From a plasmid: 64,000 nucleotides of DNA. The stretch's first letter is position 1. Each line of letters opens with the position of its first letter. The notes beneath the pieces are model-generated. The model worked only from the letters and a program-made list of their open reading frames with translations. It ran no database searches and was not told where the DNA came from. Shown piece after piece: positions 1 to 10,124 of the stretch. The position numbers and the translations under genes are program-made. Location of the stretch: the sequence record NZ_CP064874.1. The stretch is one strand, 5' to 3'.

Positions 1-194
1 TGCAGAGCATCTGACCGCAGCAGCTTGCCCCACCGGCTGGTGCCGCCGGCTGCACGGTAGCCGCCGGTGTCGCGCAGGTTGTAGAGGCCGGCCACGGCGT
101 GGCGACGCTCACGAGGCGCCGCGGTCGCGGCATCCGGCGACGAAGCGGCCGCGGCATCCGTCGCCGAAGGCGTCAGGTCGAGGTCGATGGTCAT
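1..194 (-). CDS. partial CDS (N-terminal 64 codons; gene continues past window start): tyrosine-protein phosphatase-like protein (PF13350-type)
   Basis: Not in ORF track because it has no in-window stop. Minus-strand ATG at 194-192 overlaps the TGA of the upstream gene (ATGA coupling). Translation MTIDLDLTPSA...LYNLRDTGGYRAAGGTSRWGKLLRSDAL fits the NxRDxGG...RSD N-terminal signature of that family. Confidence 0.45.
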   Translation of the reverse strand, partial: MTIDLDLTPSATDAAAASSPDAATAAPRERRHAVAGLYNLRDTGGYRAAGGTSRWGKLLRSDAL

Positions 195-1024
195 TCGATC
201 AGCCCCTGCGCGCGCTCGGCGGCCTCGGTCATAGTGGCGGCCGGGTCGGCGCCGTAGAAGACCGCGTCTTCGATGGCGGTGGCGAGCACCTGGTCGACCT
301 GGGCGTAGCTGTCGCCGGGGTACGACACCCACGGCTCGAGCGCGTCGAGCTGCTCGAGGTTGGGCTTCACGAGCGGGTTGGCTTCGACCCAGTCATAGAG
401 CGGTCCGCCCTCGTCGGCCATGCTGCTGCGCAGCGGTAGGTACCCGATCTGGGTCGAGATGATCTCGTAGGCGCGGGGGCTGGTCATGAACTGCATGAGC
501 TCCCACGCGGCGGCCTGCTTGGCGGGGTCGGTGGCGAACATCGCGAGGAACGAGCCCGAGTTGGTGGGCACGACCGCCTGGTCTCCGAACGCGGGCAGGG
601 TGTGAGCGTCGAGGGTCCAGCCACCGGCCTCGGCGCCCATCATGAACGCGCCCTGCAGGGCCGAGCTGTTGACGTGGATCGCGGTCTTCCCCTGCGCGAA
701 CGCCTCGTACTGGCTGGTGAAGTCCTCGTTGGTGAGCACGCCGTCCTCGTACATCTCGGTGAAGGTCGCGACCGTATCGATCGCGGCGTCCGAGCCGAAC
801 TCGATCGTCGTGCGGTCATCGCTCAGCACCTGGGCGCCGTTCGAGAGGAAGAGGCCCTGCATGCACCAGCTGCCGCCGGTGATCACGCACGACGCGCTCA
901 TCGAGGGGGCACCGGTGGACTCGGTGATCTGCGCGGCGGCGTCTTCGATGATCAGGTCGATATCACTGACGGCGGCGGTGCTCTTGAAGGAGCGACCGAC
1001 ACCAGAGAGCTGGATCGTTCCCAT
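191..1024 (-). CDS. ABC-transporter extracellular solute-binding protein (family 1, sugar-type), C-terminal two-thirds only; no signal peptide, probably 5'-truncated
   Basis: 277-aa ORF with SBP C-terminal motifs (GYLPLRSS, EPWVSYPGDSYAQVDQVL). AGAAGG RBS precedes the ATG at 1024. About 150 N-terminal residues of a typical SBP are absent. Confidence 0.5.
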   Translation of the reverse strand: MGTIQLSGVGRSFKSTAAVSDIDLIIEDAAAQITESTGAPSMSASCVITGGSWCMQGLFLSNGAQVLSDDRTTIEFGSDAAIDTVATFTEMYEDGVLTNEDFTSQYEAFAQGKTAIHVNSSALQGAFMMGAEAGGWTLDAHTLPAFGDQAVVPTNSGSFLAMFATDPAKQAAAWELMQFMTSPRAYEIISTQIGYLPLRSSMADEGGPLYDWVEANPLVKPNLEQLDALEPWVSYPGDSYAQVDQVLATAIEDAVFYGADPAATMTEAAERAQGLIE

Positions 1025-1126
1025 GAGTCGCCTTCTGCAAGCGACCTGACGAACCGGGGCCTTCCCGCGAAATCCGCTTGCAGAGCTATTGCAATCGAGG
1101 AAAGTGAATTTCCTGCAAACGGAGTG

Positions 1127-2050
1127 TCAACGCCCATCGCCGTGGTCGATAACGTCTGGCACGTCGGATGCCTCGGCGTCGGAGCCGTCGTCGGCGACGA
1201 TGTCGAGCACCTCTTCGCGCACCGCGAGGCGCGCGCGGTCGGCGGCGTCGCTCATGCGGTCGGCGACGGCGATCTGCAGGGCGTTGAGCACGAGCAGCTG
1301 TACGAGCCCGCTGCCGAGAATGCCTTGACCCCACGCCTGGAAGCGCGCACCGGCGACGAGCAGGTGGTCGGCGCGGGTGGTGAGCGGGGTACGGGCGAAG
1401 CTCGTGACCCCGATCACGGTGGCGCCGGCGTCGACGGCGGCGTCCGCAACCGCGAGGGTCACCGAGTTGGCGCCACTCGAGCTGACGATGAGGCACACAT
1501 CACCGGGGGCGAGCACGCGGGCGGTGAGGTGGGCGACCACGCCGTCAGCGGGCGCTTCGCAGGGCCGGCCGTTGACGGCGAACGCGACGGCCGACGCCTG
1601 GGCGGCGGCGTGCGAGGCGCCGGTGCCCGAGATCAGCAGGCGCGGCGCGCGGGCGATGGCGTCGGCAGCGGCGTCGAACGCGACCGGGTCGATCGAGGCG
1701 AGCGCGGTCTGCAGCATCCCACCCGCCCCTCGGCCAGCCACCGCAGAAAGCCCTCGGTGCCGGCGGGTGCGTCGGGCGCGGCGGTGGCGTCGGCGGCGAG
1801 GTCACGCACGAGCAGCATGCGCAGGTGCTGAAAGCTGCGCAGCCCCAGCGCCTGGGCGGTGCGGCTGACGGTGGCCGGCGACGTGTTGGCGGCTTCGGCG
1901 AGGTCGGCGCCCGACATGTCGACCACGTCGTGGGGTCGCTCGGCGCAGATGCGGGCGACGCGCTGCGCGCTCGGTACGAGCGACGGCAGGATCGAGAGGA
2001 TGTGGTCGATGGTTCCGCCGAGCGGCGGCTCGTTGAGGGGCGAGTTCATG
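1127..2050 (-). pseudogene. MurR/RpiR-family regulator (HTH + SIS) with apparent frameshift between 1633 and 1741
   Basis: The HTH half lies in ORF 1633..2118 (ATG at 2050 after AAAGGTGA). The SIS half is ORF 1127..1741 in another frame. The junction lies in a G-homopolymer-rich stretch. Confidence 0.5.
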
Positions 2051-3031
2051 TAGCCGGTGATCACCTTTCGGGTTCGCCGCACATCGTATGGGCGCAATGC
2101 GACCACGACCCCAACCATAGGTGAACGCAGCGTTCATCGCCTCCGCTATCCGCGAAAGGCAATTTCATGACCTCCCTGCGTCCGCTCGAGCTCCCGAACA
2201 GTGCCATGCCCGCAAGGAAGTCGGCCAAGGGTGACTCGACCGAAGACGCCCACCTCGAGCGCCGCGATGGCGCCTACGATGACCGTCCGTGCGAGCCAGA
2301 GCCACGTGATCTGTCGATCCCGGCGGTCAAGCGCTCGAACGTTCCGCACGTCGATGTTCCGCTGGCGGGGGCGCCGGGGCAGCAGACACCGGTAACCAAC
2401 GACGCGAAGAAGCCTGCCACGACGATGACGCCCGCAGCGCGGAACCAGAGGGCGGGGGCGACGCGCGAAACTGATCCTGCTCATGGCCCGATCAGACCGA
2501 TGGCCACTCAGACGTGAAAGGGGAGACATCGCGCCCGGGCCGAACCGTCGCACGCTGACGTCCCCTCACCGCGCAGTGCCCGCAAGGGGATGGTAGATGG
2601 GCGAGCAGTTCTGGGACTCTGGTCGACGATTCTTCAGCTCGCCTGTGGAAGTCCCTGGGACAACGCCTGTCGGATTCTCCAAACAGGAAAACCGCTGAGC
2701 TGCGCAATCAAGTCCACATCGAACTCGTGCTCGAAGTAGGCCACCCGCACCGCCCGGATGCGCGACGGATTGTCACCGAAAGCCAGTGTGAACTCGGTGG
2801 CGTAGCGCTCCCAGACGCTGAACTCATACCCCGGTGCCGTCACGATGCATTCACCTCATCCCGGGTGCAACTCTCAGGAGTGGTCGCGGTGCTAATGCGA
2901 TGCTACGACACCCGTGTTAACGCCAGGACACAAGGAGATTCCGGGAAAGCTCGCTACGCACGGTGTGCACCGATACGGGGATGGCCCGCCCGGGGTGCAT
3001 GGTTCACACCGGGGTGACCAAGGGAATTGGG

Positions 3032-4491
3032 GGCTCTTCGGACATGCGGTGGGGGTGAGGCTCGCCGGGTGATGGTCGGCGGGTAGGGGTCGAGGTCCCC
3101 GAGGATCAGTAGCGCCAACTGCTGATCCATCACGAGGACCTCGACGTGCTTCACCCTACTTCGGGGTGCGCTGACGCGCGCTCTGCCGCTGATCCGTGTT
3201 ACCGCTGCGATCTGCTGGTCGGTCTCGACGGCGTCCATGTCGAGCACGTTGACCGCCGCGACGGGCTGCTGATCGTCACCGTTTCGACACCGGCGGCGCC
3301 GACCGGGTGCCCGTTGTGCGGGGTCGTGGCGATCGGTCGAGGGCGCCGCCGTCGAGTGTTGCATGACGTGCCGGGCGTGACGCGGGTGCGGATCGTCTGG
3401 CGGCAACGGGTCTGGCGATGCGGCGACGTGGGCTGTGCCAAGAAGACGTTCGTGGAGCAGCTTCCCTCGCTGGTCGCTCGGCGCGGGTCGCTCACAAGGC
3501 GAGCCGTCGACTGGGCGATCGGGCAGCTGCGCCGCGAGCACGCCACGATCGAAGGACTACGTCGTCAGCTCGGGACATCGTGGAAGACGGTGTGGCGGGC
3601 TGTTGAGCCTGAACTGGTGCGGTTGGCAGCCGACGAGTCCCGGTTCGAGAACGTGACCACGCTCGGCGTCGACGAGCACATCTGGCATCACGTCGACCAC
3701 CGCAAGCGGGGCTCGAAGGAACTGACCGGCATGGTCGACCTCAGCCGCGACAGCACCGGGAAGACGCGGGCCAGGCTGCTCGACCTCGTGCCGGGCAGAT
3801 CGGGGAAGGCATACGCGTCCTGGCTCAGCGAGCGGGGCGAAGCGTTCCGAAAGAACGTGAAGGTGGCGGCGCTGGACCCGTTCGCGGGCTACAAGACTGC
3901 GATCGATGACACGCTCGAAGACGCGGTCGCTGTGCTGGACGCGTTCCATGTCGTCAAGCTCGGCACCGCCGCCGTCGACGAGGTCCGCCGCCGCGTCCAG
4001 CAAGACACCCTCGGGCATCGCGGTCGGAAGGGCGACCCGCTCTACGGGATTCAGACCATCCTCCGTGCCGGGGCCGAGAACCTCACCGACAAGCAGCGGA
4101 TCCGGCTGACCGCGGCAATCGAGGCCGATCCTGCGCACGACGAGGTGTTCGTCGCGTGGCAGTGCGCACAGCAGCTGCGCTCTGCCTACCACGCGAAGGA
4201 CCTGACCGAGGGGCGGCGGATCGCCGAGAGGGTGGTCGACACGTTCCACACCTGCCCGATCCCCGAGATCGCCCGCCTCGGCCGCACCCTCCGCCGCTGG
4301 CGTTCAGCGTTCCTGGCGTACTTCACCACGAGCCGCGCGAACAACGGCGGCACCGAGGCGATCAACGGGATCATCGAGCTCCACCGCCGCCTCGCCCGCG
4401 GCTATCGCAACCGCGAGAACTACCGCCTCCGCATGCTCCTCACCGCCGGCGGACTCACCCCATGACCCCCCCACCGGATGTCCGAAGAGCC
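3032..4491 (+). mobile_element. ISL3-family insertion sequence (~1.46 kb)
   Basis: IRL 3032-3055 is ggctcttcggacatgcggtggggg. IRR 4468-4491 is its near-perfect reverse complement. One transposase ORF lies inside. Confidence 0.8.
3146..4465 (+). CDS. ISL3-family transposase
   Basis: 439 aa with CPLCG zinc finger, DDE core and the C-terminal NNGGTEAINGIIELHRRLARGYRNRENYRLRMLL motif typical of ISL3 transposases. Confidence 0.85.
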   Translation: MLHPTSGCADARSAADPCYRCDLLVGLDGVHVEHVDRRDGLLIVTVSTPAAPTGCPLCGVVAIGRGRRRRVLHDVPGVTRVRIVWRQRVWRCGDVGCAKKTFVEQLPSLVARRGSLTRRAVDWAIGQLRREHATIEGLRRQLGTSWKTVWRAVEPELVRLAADESRFENVTTLGVDEHIWHHVDHRKRGSKELTGMVDLSRDSTGKTRARLLDLVPGRSGKAYASWLSERGEAFRKNVKVAALDPFAGYKTAIDDTLEDAVAVLDAFHVVKLGTAAVDEVRRRVQQDTLGHRGRKGDPLYGIQTILRAGAENLTDKQRIRLTAAIEADPAHDEVFVAWQCAQQLRSAYHAKDLTEGRRIAERVVDTFHTCPIPEIARLGRTLRRWRSAFLAYFTTSRANNGGTEAINGIIELHRRLARGYRNRENYRLRMLLTAGGLTP

Positions 4492-4560
4492 AGTTAAGTG
4501 ATATTGAGCCGGGAATGCCCATAAACGGCGTTCCCGGTTCATGGACGTTCGGAAGTAGTA

Positions 4561-5433
4561 ATGGTGAGCAACGGAACCCTGGAAACGCAGTATCAGGATC
4601 GTGGGACTCTGACGGCGCGAATACGAGCACTTCGCCCATCCATGTCGCAAACGCAAGCGGCCGTGGCCAACGTTGTGTTGACGAACCCTGCCGGTGTATT
4701 GCACATGACGGTGAGTGAACTCGCGAGGGTGTCGCGCAGCTCCGTGGGGAGCGTGGTCCGGTTCTGCCAAGATCTGGGCCTCAAGGGGTATCAAGAATTC
4801 AAATTGCAGTTGGCCTCTGAAATTCCAGTTGGCGAAGAATCCGGTGTCAGCCATACGGAAACGTCCGGGTCAATCGTGTCTGAAGTATTTCAATCGACGG
4901 CACGCGCTATTTCGGAAGGCGAAGCAAGTATTGATCCGAACGAATTTCAACGTGCGGTGTCCGTGCTTGATAAGGCAGATCGGATTCTTCTGGTGGCTAG
5001 TGGCCAGTCCTCGCCAATTGCCCTTGATACTGCCCTCCGTTTCCGCAGCGTGGGGCTCGAGGTGAATCATCCGGGAGATCCGGTATCGCAACATATCGCA
5101 TCCTCGATGCTGGGCCCGGGCGACGCTTGCCTGGCAATCAGCCACACCGGCCGCACCAAAGCAACGGTCGCGGCCGCGGAATCGGCGCGAGAGTCAGGGG
5201 CGGCGGTCGTTTCGGTGACCAGCTTCTATCGCTCCCCGCTGGTGGCCGCATCCACCGTGGCACTCGTTGCCGGATCAGGTGAGACGCGGTTTCAAATCGA
5301 GGCCATGATGAGCCGGTTTGTGCATCTCGCGGTGCTGGATGCACTCTATTCTGCGATCACCGCCGAAAACCCCGAGCGCACCCTCAAGGGAGCGGCGCGG
5401 GCTGCGCAGGCTGAGGAAATGTTCCGCGACTGA
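4561..5433 (+). CDS. MurR/RpiR-family transcriptional regulator (intact HTH + SIS)
   Basis: 290 aa with an N-terminal HTH and a SIS domain (SGQSSPIALD...ISHTGRT). It lies in a lower-GC segment (4.5-6.45 kb). Confidence 0.8.
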   Translation: MVSNGTLETQYQDRGTLTARIRALRPSMSQTQAAVANVVLTNPAGVLHMTVSELARVSRSSVGSVVRFCQDLGLKGYQEFKLQLASEIPVGEESGVSHTETSGSIVSEVFQSTARAISEGEASIDPNEFQRAVSVLDKADRILLVASGQSSPIALDTALRFRSVGLEVNHPGDPVSQHIASSMLGPGDACLAISHTGRTKATVAAAESARESGAAVVSVTSFYRSPLVAASTVALVAGSGETRFQIEAMMSRFVHLAVLDALYSAITAENPERTLKGAARAAQAEEMFRD

Positions 5434-5508
5434 TCATTTGATAGTTCAACAACACGGCCCGGGCCCTCCTGGAGGAGAGAGGACCCGGGCCGTAGCTTTT
5501 GGTTCGAA

Positions 5509-6390
5509 TTATGCCCAGGCCGTCGGCTTGTCCAGCGCGTTCAGTTCAATCTCGGCGAGGACTCCGTAGTGGTCGCTTGCCGTCGGATACTCGTTGAACA
5601 CAACCTTGCTCGAGTTGATGACACTCTCGACCGTGAGGTGGTTTACCGTCGAGCCGGCGAGTACATAATCGATGCGGCGGTGGTGGGGTTCCTGCACCAC
5701 GTAGTTCGGAACAATTCCCTGACCGTCGGTCACGCTTCGGGCGACCCACGGGCTATCGGTGGTCCAGGTGTAGCCGGGGCCACCGTCTCCGGCAATTGCC
5801 CAGGTGTCGCGGAAGGCGGCGCTGCGGCCGTTGATGGCTGATTTGCCGGTGTAGAACCGCATGCAGTCCTGGTCGGGAGCGGCGTCAAAGTCGCCCGCAA
5901 TAATCGTGGGGGCCTCTTGACGGCGCTTTTCTTCAAGTTCAGTGACGAACAGCGCCTGCTCCACACGAGCGGCCTCGTCGGTGAAATTGAAGCTCGGGCG
6001 CGGGCCGAGGAAGAGCATGTCCACGCCGATGGGCAGTGACAGCACGGCTTCCCATACATAGGGTCCGTCGGCTGCGGGAAGCTTGTGGGTGGTAATGCTC
6101 TTGGGTTCCCAGCGCGTACCAACGGCGGTTCCCCAGGCGGGCCACTCGAAGTCAGCGAAGTCGGATGCGTGGCGAGCGAAGTCGGATGCGTGGTGCCAGT
6201 GGAGGCTCGAGTTTTCCTTTACGAGCTGGAAGGCATCGCGCTCCGGGGTGCGGACGACTTCCTGCAGGAAGACAATGTCGGCGTCGTGCTCTTCGAGGCC
6301 TTTAAGTAGGAGCGCGTCGCGCTTTTGCTGATCGCGGGGGGCGAGCCAAATGTTCAGTGTCAGTACCCGTAGGTTCATTTTTTTGTTCAT
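5509..6390 (-). CDS. endonuclease/exonuclease/phosphatase (EEP) family protein
   Basis: 293 aa with MNLRVLTLNIW...LQEV and catalytic D/H motifs of the EEP fold. It contains an in-frame 21-bp tandem duplication (HASDFAR-HASDFAD). Confidence 0.7.
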   Translation of the reverse strand: MNKKMNLRVLTLNIWLAPRDQQKRDALLLKGLEEHDADIVFLQEVVRTPERDAFQLVKENSSLHWHHASDFARHASDFADFEWPAWGTAVGTRWEPKSITTHKLPAADGPYVWEAVLSLPIGVDMLFLGPRPSFNFTDEAARVEQALFVTELEEKRRQEAPTIIAGDFDAAPDQDCMRFYTGKSAINGRSAAFRDTWAIAGDGGPGYTWTTDSPWVARSVTDGQGIVPNYVVQEPHHRRIDYVLAGSTVNHLTVESVINSSKVVFNEYPTASDHYGVLAEIELNALDKPTAWA

Positions 6391-6635
6391 GCGGGAAAGC
6401 TATGCCGCCAAAGTGAACAAGGTTCCAAAAAAGAGTTAACTTGCGGAACTAATTTTTCCCGTCGAGTCGTCAGCGCTTGGGGAAGGCGTCGAAATCAATG
6501 TCGAGTTCGACCTGGTCGGCGCGGAAGCGGGTGTTTGAATACTGCAGTGGCCGGCCCCCTGTGCGTCAGGATGGGGTGAGACACCAGCACTGCTGACCTT
6601 CGCACTGCACGGGGCGAGAACGGACCAATACTGAG

Positions 6636-7040
6636 ATGACGATGACGGTTGCTGACGTCGGCACCGATGATGGGGCTATGGCTCCTCGTGCTGACCGGCC
6701 CAAGAGGCGGACGTTCACCGCCGAGTTCAAAGCGGCGATCCTGGCCGAGTACGACGCCGCGGACCGCTCTGGGCGTGGGGAGATCCTGCGCCGGGAGGGC
6801 CTGTACACCTCCCACATCATCGAGTGGCGCAAGGCCGCGGCCGCCGGCTCGCTGTCCGGGCTGGGCAGCAAGCCGCGGGACCGGCGCGAGCGGGAGCTGC
6901 AGGCGCTACGGGCCCGGGCGGAGAAGGCCGAGGCCGAGCTGGCCAAGACCAGGGCGGCGCTGGACCTGATGGGAAAAGCACACGCGCTCTTGGAGACGCT
7001 CTCCGAGAGCGCGGACAAGCCGCCGCGGTCGCCGCGGTGA
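6636..7040 (+). CDS. IS3-family transposase OrfA (HTH/leucine-zipper)
   Basis: 134 aa; FTAEFKAAIL...EGLYTSHIIEWRK is typical of IS3 OrfA. Confidence 0.8.
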   Translation: MTMTVADVGTDDGAMAPRADRPKRRTFTAEFKAAILAEYDAADRSGRGEILRREGLYTSHIIEWRKAAAAGSLSGLGSKPRDRRERELQALRARAEKAEAELAKTRAALDLMGKAHALLETLSESADKPPRSPR

Positions 7041-8038
7041 TCAACCCGGCCGTCGACGGGCTGGCCGAGCACGTCGGCACCGCGGCTGCGTGCGCGCTGC
7101 TGGGTCGCTCCCGCGCCAGTCACTACCGGGCCAAGAACCCGCCACCGCCACGTCCACGGACACCGCGGCCGGCACCGGCGAACAAGCTGTCCGCCGCCGA
7201 GCGGGCCCACGTGCTGGCCGTGTTGACCAGCCAGCGGTTCGCGGACAAGTCGGTCGCCCAGGTCTGGGCCACGCTGCTGGACGAGGGCACCTACCTGTGC
7301 TCGATGTCCACGATGCACCGGATCCTGCGCGAGCACGACATGGCCGGGGAACGGCGCCGGCAGGCGAGCCACCCGCCCCGGACCCGGCCCGAGCTCGTCG
7401 CGACGGCGCCGGGGCAGGTGTGGAGTTGGGACATCACAAAGCTCAAGGGGCCGGAGCGGGGCGTGTACTACGACCTGTACGTCGTGCTCGACATCTTCTC
7501 CAGGTTCGTCGTGGGCTGGACCATCGCGGCCCGCGAGGACGCCGAGATCGCCAAGAACCTGCTCGAGCACGCCATGGGCATCCATGGCGTGCCGGAGGCG
7601 ATCCACGCCGACCGCGGGACCTCGATGACCTCCAAACCGGTCGCTCAGCTGCTCGTCGACCTCGGGGTGGCCAGGTCGCACTCCCGCCCGCACGTGTCGA
7701 ACGACAACCCTTACAGCGAGGCGGCGTTCAAGACGCTGAAGTACGCCCCGGTCTTCCCCGAGCGCTTCGGGTCCCTGGCCGACGCCGGCGCGTTCGCCGA
7801 GCAGTTCTTCGCCTACTACAACCACGAGCACCGCCACTGCGGGATCGGGCTGCACACCCCCGCCAGCGTCCACTTCGGCACCGCCGGGCAGGTCCGCGCC
7901 CAGCGCCAGGCCACCCTGGACGCGGCCTACGCCGCCCGTCCCGAGCGCTTCGGCCACCGCCGACCCCAGGCGCCCAAGCTGCCCGAGGCCGCCTGGATCA
8001 ACCAGCCCTCACAGGAGGCCCTCATACAGACCGCCTGA
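6824..8038 (+). CDS. IS3-family transposase OrfB (DDE integrase core); expressed as an OrfAB fusion via the slip at 6971-6977
   Basis: WSWDITKL...HADRGTSMTS...YNHEHRHCGIG is an rve-type DDE domain. Its frame is -1 relative to orfA. Confidence 0.8.
   Translation: MAQGRGRRLAVRAGQQAAGPARAGAAGATGPGGEGRGRAGQDQGGAGPDGKSTRALGDALRERGQAAAVAAVINPAVDGLAEHVGTAAACALLGRSRASHYRAKNPPPPRPRTPRPAPANKLSAAERAHVLAVLTSQRFADKSVAQVWATLLDEGTYLCSMSTMHRILREHDMAGERRRQASHPPRTRPELVATAPGQVWSWDITKLKGPERGVYYDLYVVLDIFSRFVVGWTIAAREDAEIAKNLLEHAMGIHGVPEAIHADRGTSMTSKPVAQLLVDLGVARSHSRPHVSNDNPYSEAAFKTLKYAPVFPERFGSLADAGAFAEQFFAYYNHEHRHCGIGLHTPASVHFGTAGQVRAQRQATLDAAYAARPERFGHRRPQAPKLPEAAWINQPSQEALIQTA
6971..6977 (+). other. -1 ribosomal frameshift heptamer G_GGA_AAA (X_XXY_YYZ) joining orfA to orfB
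   Basis: orfA codons ATG GGA AAA are preceded by G. A -1 slip continues in the orfB frame (..GKSTRALGDALRERG..). Confidence 0.6.
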
Positions 8039-8129
8039 CGGAATCTGTCTCACCCGCCTTGACACTTTCCGCTTCGATTACAGCCCGATCACGGAGCGAC
8101 CGACGATTTCGTGGCCGAATGGGGCCCGA

Positions 8130-8933
8130 GTGGCGTTCTATGTCGGGCTGAACATCGAGCACTATCAGATCGACAAGCCCTCCACGAGCATCTTCGGCGG
8201 TACCGCGATGCTGCAGCCGGATCCACTCAATTACGGCTGGCGCGATTACGGTCCGCGGGTAGGCCTGTGGCGGATGATCGAGAGCCTCGACCGACATGGA
8301 GTGCCCGCAAGTGTGCTTCTCAACTCCGACGTTTGTCGGCACTACCCCCAGATTCTCGAGGCAGGCCGGCAACGCGGCTGGGCGTGGCTCGCGCATGGCC
8401 GCGACAATTCCACCTTCCAAGCTGGAATGGGTGCTGACACGGAGCGCGCCTACCTTCAAGACGTGACGGATACAATCGCCTCCGCCACCGGAGTACGGCC
8501 GCGGGGCTGGCTTGGCCCGGCGCTCACAGAGACGTTCGAGACGCCGCGGATCCTTCGGGAGCTGGGGTATGACTACGTCCTGGACTGGACGAACGACGAT
8601 CAGCCGTATCCGCTGAACGTCGACGGGATGTTCAGCGTTCCCTACACGATAGAACTCAACGATGTGACGATGTTCGTGAGTAAGAGCTATACCGGCCCGC
8701 AGTTCCTGGAAGCGGTGATCGACCAGTTCGATCAGCTCTATTCAGACTCCGAGCACTCGGGTCGCGTCATGTCGCTGCCGTTGCACCCGTTCATCGTCGG
8801 CCAGCCGTTCCGCCACCGCTACCTTGATCGGGCCCTCGAGCACATCACGTCTCACGATGGTGTCTGGGTGACGACGAGCGATGCCATCGCGGCGCACTAT
8901 CAGTCGACGGGGAACAGGAGAGCCGATTCGTGA
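8130..8933 (+). CDS. polysaccharide deacetylase-family protein (PuuE-like); GTG start, N-terminus possibly truncated by the IS3 insertion
   Basis: 267 aa. Compared with PuuE-type homologues it appears to begin ~25 residues into the protein. The reading frame is open upstream into the IS3 right end. Confidence 0.6.
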   Translation: MAFYVGLNIEHYQIDKPSTSIFGGTAMLQPDPLNYGWRDYGPRVGLWRMIESLDRHGVPASVLLNSDVCRHYPQILEAGRQRGWAWLAHGRDNSTFQAGMGADTERAYLQDVTDTIASATGVRPRGWLGPALTETFETPRILRELGYDYVLDWTNDDQPYPLNVDGMFSVPYTIELNDVTMFVSKSYTGPQFLEAVIDQFDQLYSDSEHSGRVMSLPLHPFIVGQPFRHRYLDRALEHITSHDGVWVTTSDAIAAHYQSTGNRRADS

Positions 8934-9595
8934 CGAATACGGAGCTGATCGATGAGTACGCACGGCTGCGCGACGAGTTCAAGGCCAAGGGATTGGGCGG
9001 CCGGATCGGCTACGGCGAGAAGCCGGCGCTGCTGATCGTCGACTTGATCACCGGATTCACGGACAGCCGTTCGCCCCTGTCAGGCGAACTGGAGTCACAG
9101 CTGGCCGCCACCAATGCCTTACTCGTCCCCGCCCGTGAACTCGAGATCCCCATCTTCTTCTCGACGGTCGCGTACGACACCGAATTGCAGGAGGCGGGGC
9201 TCTGGATCAAGAAGATCCCGTCCAACCACCTGTTGGTGGAGGGCAGCGAATGGGTGGAGGTCGACAGCAGGCTGGGCCAGCTGCCCCACGAGATGACCCT
9301 GGTGAAGAAGTACGCATCCTGCTTCTTCGGAACTGATCTCGCCGCACGCTTGATCTCACGGGGTGTCGACACCATCATCATCGTCGGCTGCACCACCAGT
9401 GGGTGCGTGCGCGCCTCGGCGGTTGACGCCTGCTCCTACGGCTTCCACACCATCGTCGTCGAAGAGGCAGTCGGCGACCGGGCAGCCCTTCCGCACCTGG
9501 CCAGCCTCTTTGACATCGACGCGAAGTACGGCGATGTCGTCAGCCTCGACGACGCACGTGCTTACCTGCGGGGGCTTGCGCAACAGAACGATTGA
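8930..9595 (+). CDS. isochorismatase-family cysteine hydrolase
   Basis: 221 aa with [11 protein letters not shown]...[14 protein letters not shown], the catalytic Cys motif of the isochorismatase fold. Start overlaps the previous stop. Confidence 0.75.
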   Translation: MTNTELIDEYARLRDEFKAKGLGGRIGYGEKPALLIVDLITGFTDSRSPLSGELESQLAATNALLVPARELEIPIFFSTVAYDTELQEAGLWIKKIPSNHLLVEGSEWVEVDSRLGQLPHEMTLVKKYASCFFGTDLAARLISRGVDTIIIVGCTTSGCVRASAVDACSYGFHTIVVEEAVGDRAALPHLASLFDIDAKYGDVVSLDDARAYLRGLAQQND

Positions 9596-9646
9596 CTGCA
9601 GTAACGCCGTGGGGCCAACTTCCTCTGTGCGGAATATTGAACCGGC

Positions 9647-10039
9647 GTGCAGGCCGAGATCCCGCAGATGCTGGCGCAGGGCGGCGGATCCATCATCAAC
9701 ACCGCCTCGTCCCTCGGGCAGGTCGCCATCGCCCACCAGTCCGCCTACGTCACGTCGAAGCACGGCGTCATCGGCCTCACCCGAGCCGCCGCGGTGGAGT
9801 ACTCCGACAAAGGCATCCGCGTGAACGCAGTGCTGCCCGGGGTGATCCAGACGCCAATGATAGACGCGCTGGAGGAGACCTACCCCGGCTTCAAGGACGC
9901 GCTGCTGACGAAGCACCCGATCGGCCGACTCGGCACGCCGCACGACATCGCCGAGATGGTCGCGTGGCTCGGTTCCGACGCGGCCGCCTTCGCGACCGGC
10001 GCGCAGTTCGCCGTCGACGGCGGGTACCTCGCGATTTAG
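9647..10039 (+). pseudogene. short-chain dehydrogenase/reductase, C-terminal half only (5'-truncated fragment)
   Basis: Starts mid-protein (..NTASSLGQ...YVTSKHGVIGLTR..) and lacks the TGxxxGxG Rossmann N-terminus. Confidence 0.55.
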
Positions 10040-10124
10040 ACGAGGTGGCCACGACGGACGGGAGGCACGGTGTCAGCTGACACCGTGCCTCACGTCCGTC
10101 ACCGGTCGCGCCGCGACCCGCGTG

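Larger units (their letters stand above)
6560..8064 (+). mobile_element. IS3-family insertion sequence (~1.5 kb) with orfA/orfB and programmed -1 frameshift
   Basis: Terminal IRs tgtgcgtcaggatggggtgagaca (6560-) and tgtctcacccgccttgaca (-8064, inverted). orfA and orfB overlap in the -1 frame. Confidence 0.75.

Noticed and set aside
602-1831. Long plus-strand ORFs 602..1831 and 1377..1868, and others of the same kind (6566..7957 minus, 13973..15142 minus, 14962..16107 plus for most of its length, 16178..17185 minus, 17719..18708 minus, 19714..20931 minus, 19860..20657 plus, 21881..22843 plus, 36369..37316 minus, 38633..39634 plus, 40865..41953 minus, 54044..55564 plus upstream of 55047)
   Set aside because: They are antisense or out-of-frame shadows of confidently assigned genes on the other strand or frame. 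The composition is low-complexity Arg/Ala/Gly/Pro, typical of high-GC artefacts.
2146-3030. Small ORFs between the RpiR pseudogene and ISL3 (2167..2517, 2146..2553, 2634..2843)
   Set aside because: No RBS/start context and no recognisable motifs. Mixed GC. Most likely decayed remnants; the 69-aa 2634..2843 ORF could be real but I cannot support it.
6474-6560. Minus-strand C-terminus-like reading (..YSNTRFRADQVELDIDFDAFPKR*) ending just left of the IS3, suggesting a gene interrupted by the IS
   Set aside because: Its continuation across the IS would overlap the deacetylase gene on the opposite strand. The plus-strand frame of the same bases looks equally protein-like. Probably chance in GC-rich DNA.
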